This document shows, in pieces, positions 39,988-52,375 of a stretch of DNA of 64,000 nt; position 1 is the first letter of the stretch, and every line of letters starts with the position of its first letter. This DNA is from Felis catus (Eukaryota). The position numbers and the translations under genes are program-made. The stretch is taken from contig NC_058369.1 in the NCBI RefSeq assembly GCF_018350175.1, forward strand, positions 27,592,001 to 27,656,000. Reading direction: 5' to 3'. The notes below the pieces were generated by a model. It did not search any database and was not told the DNA's origin. It worked only from the letters and a program-made list of their open reading frames with translations.

Positions 39988-40030
<43 letters not shown>
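39822..40030. repeat. Compound microsatellite (TTCC)15-spacer-(TTCCC)8-TTCCA-(TTCTA)9-(TC)20
   Basis: Units counted directly. Confidence 0.98.
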
Positions 40031-40032
<2 letters not shown>

Positions 40033-40861
40033 GGATGACCTCAGAAAAGTTATTAGGTTTCTCTGTGCCTCAGTTTTCTTATTCTTGGAGATAAATGTAC
40101 TCACTGCTCCACCCTGCACTTCATGGATGCATGACCTCCTCAGCATGCTAAAGTCATAAACACACCATAATTTCCCTCTCCATTTGAGGATATCACCAAA
40201 TGTCCCTCATTGTTCTCAAGAAGTTGAACTCAGGTGTATACCAAATTACTAAACGATGAAACCACCCAAGGTCTTCATGCTTTTGACTTTGAGATGAGAT
40301 TTGAAAGAAGAAACTATGCCAGTCCCGCAGGGAAGGAAGGCAAATTGGTAAAGGGCAGACACATCGTGTGGACAGAAAATGTCATAAGGAAACAAGTTGG
40401 GGCACTTATTTCAGGTTGTTACAAATGAATTCAGCCTCAGTCTTCATATCAACTGATGAGGCCAAGATTACTGGAGAAGCCAGTTGAAGGTTCATGCATG
40501 GATTTGACCTAACTGTACACATACCTCTTCAAGATCTCTGAAGAGTTTTCTAAAAAGAACCAAAATTCTTTTAAAGGAAAAGAAGATTCAGGAGCAAGGT
40601 TTCATTTCAGGGAAAAGGGAATATTCAATGTAAGAAGCGTTTCCAACAGGTACTGGTACAGCTGGCCTAGAAGATATTTATGGTCCATTGAGAGTTGTAA
40701 GCAAGGACTGTTTCTTTTTGAGGAAGAAAAAGGCAGCAATTTTCTCTTAAATATTTTACTGTGTTATCATGACATGAATACACTATAAGGCATGCAAAAG
40801 TATTTAAGAGGTTCATTGCGCAAAACCAGCTCAGAAAGGATGACCTTGGGAATTGTAGAAT

Positions 40862-40862
40862 C

Positions 40863-40921
<59 letters not shown>

Positions 40922-40927
40922 TACATA

Positions 40928-40977
<50 letters not shown>
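40862..40977. repeat. Compound (TA)n-(TG)n-(TA)n microsatellite
   Basis: 116 bp of strict purine/pyrimidine alternation. Confidence 0.98.
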
Positions 40978-40979
<2 letters not shown>

Positions 40980-42259
40980 AGCTATAATAAAGTATCTAGG
41001 TGGGGACTAGTTGTTCATATTCAAAAAGCAGAGAACATGGCTAACTTGGGAAAATGCCAATTTCCTAAACTCTAAGTCTTATTAGCTGCTTAATTAGAAG
41101 TGGTGTGTCCAGGACCCATGGGCTTAGTGAAAATCTAGGATATGTCTGTTTGAGCGAATGTCTCCAAGGTCAAACAGAGATCTTGAAACTGCTTGAGATT
41201 TAGCATTGGGAGTCTAGAATAATCACTCTAGAAAAAATCTAGAAAAATCACTCATCTCACTATCTTTGAGTTTTCAATTAAAATGAGGGATAATATTTGC
41301 CTCAGACCAAAGGCTTTGTAGTCAAATGGACTGCAATAAAATTTTTGCCATGAACTAGTTATAAGGTCTTGAGACAAACACACACTTGCTGTGATATTTA
41401 GCTTTAATTGAAAGGTATTAATGATATCAACCCTGCAAGGATTAAGAAAATTCAAGTAATGTATGTATAACACCTAGCACAGGGTTCAGCACATTGTAGA
41501 CTCTCATTAAGTAACGATGACATTTTTATTCTATTAGTATTTTTCATTAGTCCTCTCCCTAGGAAACAGGATTAAGAATTAGAATTGTTTATCACTATTC
41601 ACCTATTATTTACTCCTGGAAGCAAATTCCCTTCTCCCATTTCAAAGATGGGAAACATAAAAGATATTGAGATTTAAATAACAAATTCAGCATTAAAGAA
41701 CTTGTAACAAACCACTCTATTGACCCACCATGTAGATTTTAGAGCTAGCTCTGCAGGTATAGGAGCCTTTTCTAGATTTTCTGGGTTAGAAAGAAAATCT
41801 GGCATCTCTCAACTTACTCCTCTAAATCTAGGGGACTACAACAATCTCAAAACAGTAAGGTAAAGCAATCTGAAAGTCTTGGAATAAAATTATAAACCAG
41901 AATTTCTTTTTTCCAGAAGGGATTCTGTCATTGGAAATGTTTGCAGGTCTGGACAGTGTGGGTTGTATGCTTGTGGCAGCTTAAAAGTTTAATGTGGTCA
42001 CAAATTATTGAACTGCTATGTCTCTGAAGGCTGTTGGCCCACAGGCAGGCATAATGACAGTCACAGGTAATGTCACTAAACCTGCATGACCTCCCCTTGA
42101 TGGGTCCCTTGCATTTGGAAAACCTCCTGGGTCTCCAGAGAATGTAGCTTCTGGACAGTCACCTACTTCAGCTTCCAACTTCTCACTCACTCATTCCTAT
42201 CAACTCTTTAGAAGTTTCTCTGATAATACCAGAACAGTAATAATACTGCTAATAATTAC

Positions 42260-42400
42260 ATAAATAATAGCCAACATGTATTAAGCATTAACACTGCATC
42301 AGGCATTATTCTAGGGCTTTATATGTAATAAATTATTTTATTCTTCCAGCAGTCCCATCACAATCCCCACTTTACAGATGAGGAAATTGAGGTGAGAAAC
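42260..42400 (-). mobile_element. MIR SINE
   Basis: aataatagccaacatgtattaagc...atccccactttacagatgaggaaattgagg. Confidence 0.85.
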
Positions 42401-42659
42401 AACCAATCTGGATCTGGAGTCCCCAGCTTTAAGCCTGACAGTGCCTCAAAAATACAGTTAATGGGTTTATTTTCAAAATTGGAAAAAAGTATGACCACAT
42501 GACTAATTGGTGTTTGGACCACCCATAAAGGATTAATGGCCTGAAGAAACAATAATCAAAACAGTGGTTCCCCTGTCCTCCAAAATTCATGGATTATTTT
42601 GTGAACATCCCTGGTGAAATTAGCAAAAAGATAATTAAAAAAAATTTAAAAAGAATGTT

Positions 42660-42884
42660 GGGGCTCCTGGGTGGCTCAGTCGGTTGAGCATCTGATTTCG
42701 GCTCAGGCCATGATCTTGCGGACCGTGAGCTGGAGCCTTGTGTCAGGCTCTGTGCTAACAGCTCAGAGCCTGGAGCCTGCTTCAGATTCTCTTTCTCTCT
42801 CTCTCTCTGCCCACCCCCCACTCATGCTCTGTCTCTCTATCTCTCCCTCTCTCTGTCAAAAATAAATAAACATTAAAAAAAAAT
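42660..42884 (+). mobile_element. Can-SINE (SINEC_Fc type)
   Basis: ggggctcctgggtggctcagtcggttgagc...; TSD aaaagaatgt (42649-42658 / 42885-42894). Confidence 0.97.
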
Positions 42885-43160
42885 AAAAGAATGTAGAATC
42901 TGTATAGAAGAAACCACCTGGTCATCTTTCAGATCATTTCACTGTTAAAACTTCCACAAAACATTTGATTAGGGATGACAGGACCTAAGTCAACCGTTTG
43001 ATGCCATATTTCTTGTGTTACCTTCTGATTTTAAGGAGCAGGAAAAATAAATTATTATCCTCTGGATATGGAGGGCCAGGGTGAAAAAATTAAGAGGTTT
43101 TGCATTAAGTTGCACTTTATGAAAACAAATGAAGTTGTTAAAATTTAAAAAGCTCTGAAA

Positions 43161-43460
43161 TTGCACTGTCCAATTTGGTAGCCACTAGAGTAGCCACGTG
43201 GAACTAGTCTCAATGAGATGTGCTGGAAATATAAAACACATATTGGATCTCAAGGACTCATACAAAAAGAGGATGTAAATATCTCATTAATAAGGTTTTT
43301 CATTAGTTACATGATGAAATGATAACCTTTGGTTACAGTGGGTTAAAAATTGTATCATTAAATTAATTTCACCAATTTCATTTCACTAGTTTTAATGTGA
43401 CTACTGAAACATTTGTAACTACATATTAACTCATATTATATTTCTGTTGGGCGGTGCTTC
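43161..43460 (-). mobile_element. MER33 (hAT-Charlie MITE)
   Basis: gcactgtccaatttggtagccactag...tgagatgtgctg...aatatctcattaata...attaaattaatttcacc...tattatatttctgttgggcggtgct. Confidence 0.88.
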
Positions 43461-43889
43461 TCTAATACACAATGTGCAAAGTACAGACTGGGAATGTTGT
43501 AATAGATATGATCTGATGATGACACAGGTAAGGCTACATTTTGGGCCCACAGGCTGGGATTCCAAAAGCCAGGCTATGTTTCCAGGGCCCCGTGTGCTTT
43601 TTCTGAAGCAGGTAACTTGGAGGCCTAGTATTCTTCTCTGCTGGAATGTGACACGTGATAGATTCAAAGAATAGGTCCTGCTGCAAGCTAAGGGGTAATA
43701 AGACTTATTCATAAAGATTATTATAATTAAGTATATCATTCTTTTGTCTAAAAAATGACAGTTGATAACTGAAAGCAAAAAAAAAAAATCCAATGCTTTG
43801 GGGCTTTAAAATTATATTAGTTTTTACCTTTCTTTCATCCTTAATTCTTGCTTATTTTGCTTTTCATCTTTAACAGCGAGATCAAGTCA

Positions 43890-44096
43890 GGGGCACCTGC
43901 ACAACTCAAATGGTTGAGCATTCGACTTTGGCTCAGATCATGATCCTGCAGTTTGTGAGCAGTTTGTGAGTTTGAGCCCCCACATCGGGCTTGCTGCTGT
44001 CAGCACAGAGCCTACATTGGATCCTCTGTTCCTCTCTCTCTGCTCCTCCTCCACTTACTCTCTCTCAAAAATAAATGTTAAAAAATAATAATAACA
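43890..44096 (+). mobile_element. Can-SINE with an internal 11-bp tandem duplication
   Basis: ggggcacctg...gctcagatcatgatc; gcagtttgtga repeated at 43948-43969. Confidence 0.94.
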
Positions 44097-44440
44097 AAAG
44101 AGACATCAAGTGAAATGTTTGGGGACTTTTTTTCTTTGAGGCCATTATAATTTTTACTGGTACAAAAGCGTCAATGCCCAATTCATATCTCTTTTCCTCT
44201 TGCTATACTTGTCCATTTCTGTACATAATTTATTCCTCCAATAATTTTTCCTATCCTTTTCCCCTATACTTTCAACCCTCAAAAAAAATAGATATGGAAA
44301 AATTTCTTATGTGAGATAGTTTTCTTTAGTGGACCATAGTCTCCAAGGTTACTAAAATTTTTTGGACACTCTTAGTAAGCGACTGTTTATAGTTAAGTCA
44401 AGAACCTTGAATATAAACCTAATTTAAAAATTAAAAAATT

Positions 44441-44655
44441 GGGGCACCTGGGTGTCTCATTCGGTTAAGAGTCCAACTTTGGCTCAGGTCATGATCTCAG
44501 TCTATGAGATCAAGCCCTGCATCAGGCTCTATGTTGACAGTTCAGAGCCTGGAGCATGCTTCAGATTCTGTGTCCCCCTCTCTCTCTGCCCCTTCTCTCC
44601 CCACGCTCTGTCTCTCTCTGTCTCTGAAAATAAATAAACCTTAATTTTTTTAAAA
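44441..44655 (+). mobile_element. Can-SINE (SINEC_Fc type)
   Basis: ggggcacctgggtg...gctcaggtcatgatctc...cagagcctggagc...aaaataaataaac. Confidence 0.96.
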
Positions 44656-45114
44656 AAATAAAAATTATATAAATGATCCAATCTTCAATTACTGATGCTA
44701 GTGGAGGTCTGACTGCAGCATTGAGTGACTGAAAGCACAAGTGTGACGGAGGTATCTCAGCGAGAAGGACTTCATAGAGCAGGCACTTGCCTGCTGCATA
44801 ATTTTACAGATTTCTGCTAGGATATATATGTTTGGAGAGAAGATTCACTGTGGAAGGCAGAACAGACCCTGCACAACAAAGCCTTATTGAGAAAACATGG
44901 AGTGGTCTTACTTTGATATGATGGATAGAATGGCATGTGGTTACCTTTTTGCTGCTTATTTCTCATGAATATGCAATTGAACATATTTAAATGGAGAGGA
45001 GAGTAATGCTGAGAAAACTGACACAGGGTGGCAGTCCTCAAAGCCAACGCCAGGAAAAACCATAGAGGTGGCATCCTTTGCCTTGAGGTACATCCTGTAG
45101 ATACCTGTCCTCTC

Positions 45115-45245
45115 TTTTTAAAAAAAATTTTTTTTAATGTTTATTTTTGAGAGAGAGAGAGCGAGCACAACTAGGGGAGAGGCAGAGAGAGAGACAGAGA
45201 CACAGAATCTGAAGCAGGTTCCAGGCTCTGAGCTGTCAGCACAGT
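45115..45245 (-). mobile_element. Can-SINE 3' half only
   Basis: Tail, (GA)n and gaatctgaagcaggttccaggctctgagctgtcagcacag, then abrupt loss of homology. Confidence 0.93.
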
Positions 45246-45654
45246 CTTGTATCCAATGACTTTGTGATTCTCTCTGGAGGCCCCACCCCGCCATCACCAC
45301 CATTATAATCCTGCATTCTTCTCAACATTTCATATGTGGTAATTAATCTGAACTGTATACTCCCCAAATTATTATCTCTACTAGGAAAAATGGGAAGAAA
45401 TAATTTGTAACCAGATGAATACTTCTCTCCTAGTCTGACATTCCTCTCTTCCAAGGGACAGGAAGATTTAAATGAGTAATAATCTGACATAGGAAAGGGT
45501 AAACCAGATGTCTACTAAATTTTCTTATCAATAAAATAGGTAGCCAAAGAGAATTTGGAGATCCAACCAGGGAGAATTTGATGTCAAAGATAATTAAATT
45601 ATATATTTATTTGTTGGTTATATCACATAAAGATTCTTCGAGCTAGAAGTTCTC

Positions 45655-45791
45655 ATATTATAATACCTTTCTATGGTGACAGATGATAATCACATTTCTT
45701 ATGGTGAGCCTTTCATAATGTATATAATTCTCAAATCACTCTGTCATATACCTGAAACTAATATACTATATGTTTACTATGCTTCAATTAA
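45655..45791 (+). mobile_element. L1 extreme 3' UTR (carnivore/laurasiatherian type)
   Basis: tatggtgacagatg...tggtgagc...ataatgtatataatt...aatcact...acctgaaactaatata...cttcaattaa. Confidence 0.85.
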
Positions 45792-47249
45792 GCATTTAAG
45801 ATTGTTTTAGGTTTTCATGAATTTAGAACCCATGGAGTTCTTGTTTTATTCTTTGCAAGAGGTAACCAAATTTTCATTCCAAAATTCTCAGTCAAAAAAG
45901 CATTCCTCAGTATGAAGACATCATTGAACCCAGAAGAAAAAAAGCTAATTAACTGTCTCATTGAAACATTCCTTCCTTTTTGGAGTCAACTGGGGACCCA
46001 TGGACTTTGAGCCCATTGTCAAATGGTGTGTGAAAGAGATCCAAGTTCAACAATAAATATTATCAGCAATATAATAGTTTTCTCCAGCCCTCAGGGCCAA
46101 ATGACCTGCATTTTAGCAAATTGATTTTGCTCATGCATTGTGTTAAGCCAAGCAATTGTTTCCTGTGGCATGCTTGAACCTACAGTTGCTCTGTCTATGA
46201 AATTCATGGTTGAATTGTCCAATTGCTGATTGCTATTCCCATTTGCTTTAATAATAGTCACTTCCTTCATCAGTAATGGGTTTTATATACAGTGCACAAT
46301 CACAACCATTCAATGTCACCCATAAACATTTGATGAATTGTCTAATACAGTTATGAGAGTTGCTTATTTGGGACGCAGCTAGGGTAAGCCTTACAGAGTT
46401 AATGAGATGATGTACCATGGCATTAGGCAATGGACATTTCCCTCCCCCACATTAGCTGTATGTTCTCTTTTAACCAAGGACCCATTTATGTCATTATCAT
46501 AATCTTCATCAACTTGTCAAGATAATGGAGGGCCCACTGAGTTCAGAGAAGGCCTCATATAATTCATGAAAATTTCAAGAACATAGATATAGAAAGGGTT
46601 TGGGAGCAACGGACAAATAAGATCTGCATGGAAAACAACACAGAAAGGGCTTTATAATAAAAATTTTGTCTTGGAATGGGTGCAATATGAACTCAGTTTT
46701 GAGGGAGTGGAAGGAGACTCATTCTCTGAAACTGGGAAGATACATTAGTGAACAAAATGCACAAAGACAAATCCAGGACAGAAAGCTGGAGGAAGAACAG
46801 ATAATGATAATCTCAAGAGATGATAGTCGAGGTCAAAATGAAAGCAAGAGAACTCTCAAGGCTGCTTTTGGCAAATCTCACATCTGTATTTGTTACAGAC
46901 ACGCAAGTCTAGCTTTTTGGGTGAGACAAGTTAACTTTGACACATGACTTGTTTTGATCCACCAGACTTGCTTAGCAATCATACGAGGTTTATAATTACT
47001 CACCATCTTTCTGATGTGCAACAACATGAAGCTGTGTGCACATTGATTTCTGACCAATAGATCCTGTTCCATAAGTCTTCCATTAGATTAACCTCAAATG
47101 GCTGACATCACCATGTCAGAATCTTACCCAATGTAGCTACGAGTTAATAAGTTGATCCCCTGAAAATCAAGATGTGCTCTCCTTTTAAATTACCTTAGGA
47201 CTAGTAGGGAATGTCAAATTCTTCTAGTTCAACACCTCATTCCCTCATA

Positions 47250-47600
47250 TACTCATTCATTGAACAAATATTTCTTGAAGACCTCCTCTATGCCAGATTA
47301 GGTCCCTGTTCCCAAGTCTTTACAGTGCAGCTGGGAACACAGGCACTGAATACTAAACTAATAAATTATTTCAAATGTGGTAACTATTAAGAAGAAAATA
47401 AACATAATAATAGAATTTCTGCAGAGAGGATAAGAGATTATCTATCTTAGATGGGTTGGGGTGATCGATGAAAAGAACTCTTCAAAGAGATGACATTTGA
47501 GCTGAGATTTGGATGAAGACATGAAGTCACTTGAGGCGAGAGGCAAAGAAAACAACATGTGCCAAGGCCCTGAGGTAGGAACAAGAATAATCTGTTTGAC
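47250..47600 (-). mobile_element. L2 3' region
   Basis: cattcattgaacaaatatttcttga...tatgccag...gatgacatttgagctgaga...catgtgccaaggccctgaggtagga. Confidence 0.85.
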
Positions 47601-47797
47601 AAAAGCAAGCGGGGAGAGAGAATGAGATTTCAGGATGCACTGAAGATGACAAACTCCCAGGGCCATAGCACTACATGAGTAACCAAGGAGGTAAAACAGA
47701 GGTTGTAGAGAAGTGACAAGCATAGTGGACTAGACAGACAATCCTGTAGAATAGTAACATTTGAGTGGTAGAAAGAAGAGGAGTAGGCCAAGAAATG

Positions 47798-48018
47798 GGC
47801 ATCTCTCAAAATCCAATGCCTTCAGTGGCCAGACACGTATCATAAACATGTGAAGCAAGGCTTGGTAAGAGACAGGGATTTGTGGGAAATGTAGGGACCT
47901 GAAGAATGTGTGACATACCTAAAAGCATTCAGACTCATTAAGAAATACTTGGCACGCAAAATAAAATACATATCAGGAGGTGAGCAGAGCCCATGGACCA
48001 TCAATATGCAACAATGGA
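47798..48018 (+). mobile_element. hAT-Charlie MITE (MER102/MER112-like)
   Basis: aatgccttcagtggccagacacgtatcataaacatgtgaagc...cctaaaagcattca...aaataaaatacat. Confidence 0.6.
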
Positions 48019-48361
48019 CTGGAGGAAAAAGTAGGAAGCAGGCTGAGAAAGAGAAAAATCAATAGAGTATGGTCTCACACAAGTCAGAGGTGAGCTATAC
48101 ATGTATTTCTATGAACAACACAAAAAGTTTGTTTTATTAGTCAGTGACCCAAATGCTGTAATATTAACAACAACAAGAATACCTCACACTATTTGTTACA
48201 GAACTTGCCTAACCTAAAAATAAAGGTAATCATCCAATGGGTCAGATTTGTAAAGATAGGAATCATAGAACTAAGTGGTCCCTCCAAGGACTGGATGTAG
48301 ATGTTCACCTGAAGAATCATGGCCATCTGTGCTTTCATAGATCCAGGAAAGGGAAGCTCCA

Positions 48362-48373
48362 CCCCCCCCCCCC

Positions 48374-48408
<35 letters not shown>
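48362..48408. repeat. C12 followed by (CA)16
   Basis: Direct count. Confidence 0.97.
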
Positions 48409-48410
<2 letters not shown>

Positions 48411-49284
48411 TACTAAAAATGTTTATCACTTTCTTTCAATTTGATCTGTTGTTATGTGGCGCTGATATCTGGCTCCTTTTAGCCTAAAAGTCCCAAATCT
48501 CCCCTCCCCCAACTCCCAGAGTCACACAGAGCATTTAATACTTTTCCCACGTACCAGCCCTTCATATATTTACAAACAGGGACTCTGTCACTGTCTTCCC
48601 TCTGCAAGTTTTCCTTTTTCTAAACAAAATATCCCCACCTTCAACTACTCCCCAGATCACTGTGTCCAGACTCTGCTATCCCAATCACCTTGCTGTGAAC
48701 CCTCTCCAGCTTGTCACCATCTCTCCTAAAACAGCGCCCAGGGAGAACACCATATTCTTAGCCAATTTACAACCTAAGGTTTCTTTAGGTATCATTTTCT
48801 ATTTCCACAGCAGTAGGAACACAATTACATTTTATCAAGCTCAGTCTTCTGCTGTCCCTGTTCCCTACTCCCTACCCTTCATGGCAGTTTGTTTGTTGTA
48901 GTTCCATGACAAATGCATAATCTAGAGTGAGTGCCCCCATCAGCATAAAGAATGCTGTACTTCATCACTCTATCATTCCTGATTAAGATCATTCAGTCTA
49001 ATGTACATTATCTCTTGTACCAATAATGCTTGTGCAATGCTTCATGCTGCCTGTGCCACTTTCAAGACATTATCTTATTATGTACTCAAACCATATTTTT
49101 GTATAAAAAGGAAGATGAATCTGAGAAAAAGCAGTTAAAGGTAGAGAGAAAATTGGAAATCTGACCCTTGAAAAGAGTGTTGAATGGAAACATCCAATGA
49201 CCTGACTTCGAATCCAAGCTCTTCATTTACCCACGAAATGCTAAGTTTTTAAAAACAAAAGTAATGATCATAAGAAGAGAAACA

Positions 49285-49500
49285 CCTACCTATTAATAGA
49301 TGCCTAGTATGTACCAATTCCTGCAATAAGCTCTTCAAGTACAGTGTGTCATATATTTCATATAATAGTCTTTTGAAGGGATTAGCTCCATTTTAAAGAT
49401 AAGAGAACTAAAAACAGAGCTTGAGTGACTTGTCCCAGGTCACAAAATTAGCAGGTGGCACTTGGGTTTAAACCTCACTCTTCTGATGCCCGAAGTTCAA
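49285..49500 (-). mobile_element. MIR SINE
   Basis: ctccattttaaagataagagaactaa...gagtgacttgtcccaggtcaca. Confidence 0.75.
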
Positions 49501-52174
49501 TCTCTTCATAATTTCATGCCACCATCTCCCTTAGTGGGTATTGTCTATACTGCATGCGACTTACTGGTTAATTGAAAAAAAGAAAAGAAGAGAACTCTTA
49601 CAGTAATTCCTTCTCTTGAGATGCTTCTCCAAATAGGTAGGAGGCAGGAATATGTGCTGCCTCATCTCTGGGGCTAGAGATGCTGTGAGAGCAGGCCCAC
49701 AAGGGCAAAAGAGTAAGGAAGGAGAGAAAGGCCACACACCAACCTCAGTGTTGGACATCGTGCCTCGAACTGGGCTGAAATGTAGCCCCATAGCTCCTGT
49801 CATGAATGCATTCAGAATATAAATAAGATTTCAAGGTGACAGTTCAGCCCAAGAAAACAGTGTTTTCAAGCACTTTTAATAACACTTTAGCAGTATTCAC
49901 TTGTATATAAATCATGTGCTAATTTATTCATTAAAATAGCCTGTACTTGGCAACATTTTATTAACCTTAGTTTATGCTAATATGATCAGTACTCATATTT
50001 TTTTAAAAGGCATCTCTTTATAATTACTCCATAATTCTGATTTTCTTCCAATGCAAACTAAGCCCTTACTAACTCCAAGTCACATTCCACATCTAACGAA
50101 AATGAGTTCAAATTACAATATTATAGGATATAACTTTGAGAAAGCACAAATTTGGGAGAGAGACTATTCCCAAACCTGGCCATGCATCAGAATCTCCTGG
50201 GCACTTTCTTATGCTCTCATAACTTCTGATTTCAGTATGCCTCTGCAATCTACTGGGTCAGACTCTCTAGGGATGGTATCTCTGGAGAAATGAGATTTGC
50301 AGCAACTGGTCCAAAAACCAGTACTTAGGGACGAGTCACTAGAGCATTTCCACCCTGCACATTCCTCCTGCAGCTCTTGGAAAAAACAGGAAGCACAGTA
50401 TAGTGAGGGACATCCCAAAAGCATGATCATCAGTCACCACAAAGAATCTAATAGACCCCAGAAAAATTAATTGTAAGTCTCATTATTAACTGATGGCCCC
50501 TCAGTCTTTATTGTCAGGGTCTGGGTAGCCACTTTAATACCAGTTATTGCCAAGAAATACTATAATTTTTTTAAATGACACATAAATACAAAAAAATAAA
50601 ACCCTAAAAATATAAAACCAGGTGGGGATAAACATAGGGATAGAGCCACATGATGAACAACCAAAGTTTTAAAAATGTATTTTAAACATTGCTCTCCATG
50701 GTTTAGAACAGGAGTGTCAAATAGGTGACAAAAATGGCACCTCTTTCTTCTTTGACATCTGTGGTCGACATTGTTAACCAATCACAACATTTGTCTTTGT
50801 TTCATCCAGAAAAGCATCAAAACCCTTTCCAACCAAGCATCTTAGGGCACCACTGCCACATGATCATTTGGGGAAAATACTTGCCCATCACTGGCTACAA
50901 CAGGTAGTTAAACTGAAATTATCTTCCAATATTTTATATCAGAATAACCCTTATAGGCGACGTACCCCACAGAGTGAGACAGACCCCTGAAATTTCTCAG
51001 GTACATGAGGTCCTAGGACCAGATCACCTTGCTACTTCGTCTTTGTAGAGGTTTCACATTTCTGTGTCTGAATGGAAATTTCCAGAAGTCAATTAACTGC
51101 TAAAATGTTTATGATACATGGGCAGCACTCATTCAAACCAGCTGGTTTCGGGTAACAATAATTCAAAGTTTTGCTTTGGATAAATGTTAGGAGAGACAAG
51201 CTGAGTTCCAAAGCATCTCTAAATTAAATAGTATTTGACTAAAAAAAATAATATATGAATCAGCTTGATTTCCATTGGTTGGCAGCACTACCGATTTTCT
51301 CCAATGGAGACTCTGGGCCATATTTCCAGGCAATATTTAGTGTCCTCGTAAATGATAGGGCAGAAATCACAAAGACACTTGGTTTCTGCCACATTTACTT
51401 TGAAAAGGAAAATCACTATGTTTCATTTGTCTTTGATTCCCATAATGGTCATTCCTGGTTCCTTGGCTTCTACTGCCACTTCCCAAGTCATATGGGGTGG
51501 AATCCCACTTAAGACCATATATCCAGGGTGACACCTGGTTCATCAGCTTGATTTCATCATACTGACAGCCTCTGTGATCAAATAGTAAGATCAGAGAAAA
51601 CAGACCCACCTCATCATAGACGCTGTCATTCCTGTGAAAGTCTCCAGCCTTCCTTGGAAGAACGTGGACGTGAACATGCTAAAAACGTTCAAGAGAAAAA
51701 AAAATGAAATGTGATTATCTCCTCGTATATTTCTAGACTTGACAGTGATGCTCCTATGACGCCCAATTACTCAACATTGGTTCCTGCTGGATTATTTTTC
51801 AGAGGGAGATGATGTTCACCTTCAGTAACTGTATCTGAAATCTGTGGAGAACAGAGAGGCACAAAACAAGAGAGAACAACTTGGCGGCATATATGAGAAT
51901 TTGAGTGAAATGCCAGAGTGTTTTAGGGGGTATGTGGAATTATTCATAGTTGTCAGTCTTGGTTGTATTTAGCCAGGGCTTTCAAGTGACAGCATGGTTT
52001 AAAAGGTGACCATAGTTACTCTGAAAGTGACAAGAAATAAGAATTGGCTAAGAAAGAATTGTGTTAAGTAAAAAGCAAATAAATGAAGGTATTAAAGAGT
52101 GTGCACCATGTTTTAGAATCAAGGTTTCTAAATAAAAATCATATGAAAGTAATATAAATAGTCCTTACTTATTA

Positions 52175-52375
52175 AAGTTTTACTTACTATGGTAAGAACA
52201 CTCTGTGCTTAGCGTTTATCTCTTTTACTGCTCTGAATAATCCCATGAGGCAAGTTCTACTCTGACACCCACTTTGCAGATGAGGAAAGCTATTCCCAGG
52301 AAAGTCAAGACCCCATGGGAGGCGGCAGAGTCAGTGCAGGAATCCAGGTCCTGTGACTCTTGCTCCCATGCTCTT
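52175..52375 (-). mobile_element. MIR SINE
   Basis: acttactatg...aatcccatgaggcaag...cccactttgcagatgaggaaag. Confidence 0.8.

Noticed and set aside
44282..44300. 19-nt match aaaaaaatagatatggaaa shared with 24850-24868
   Set aside because: Low-complexity and A-rich, no extended homology; treated as chance
49858..50340. Possible further hAT relics (cagtgttttcaa...tttgagaaagcac; MER5-like at about 50165)
   Set aside because: Too diverged to assign a family or boundaries by eye
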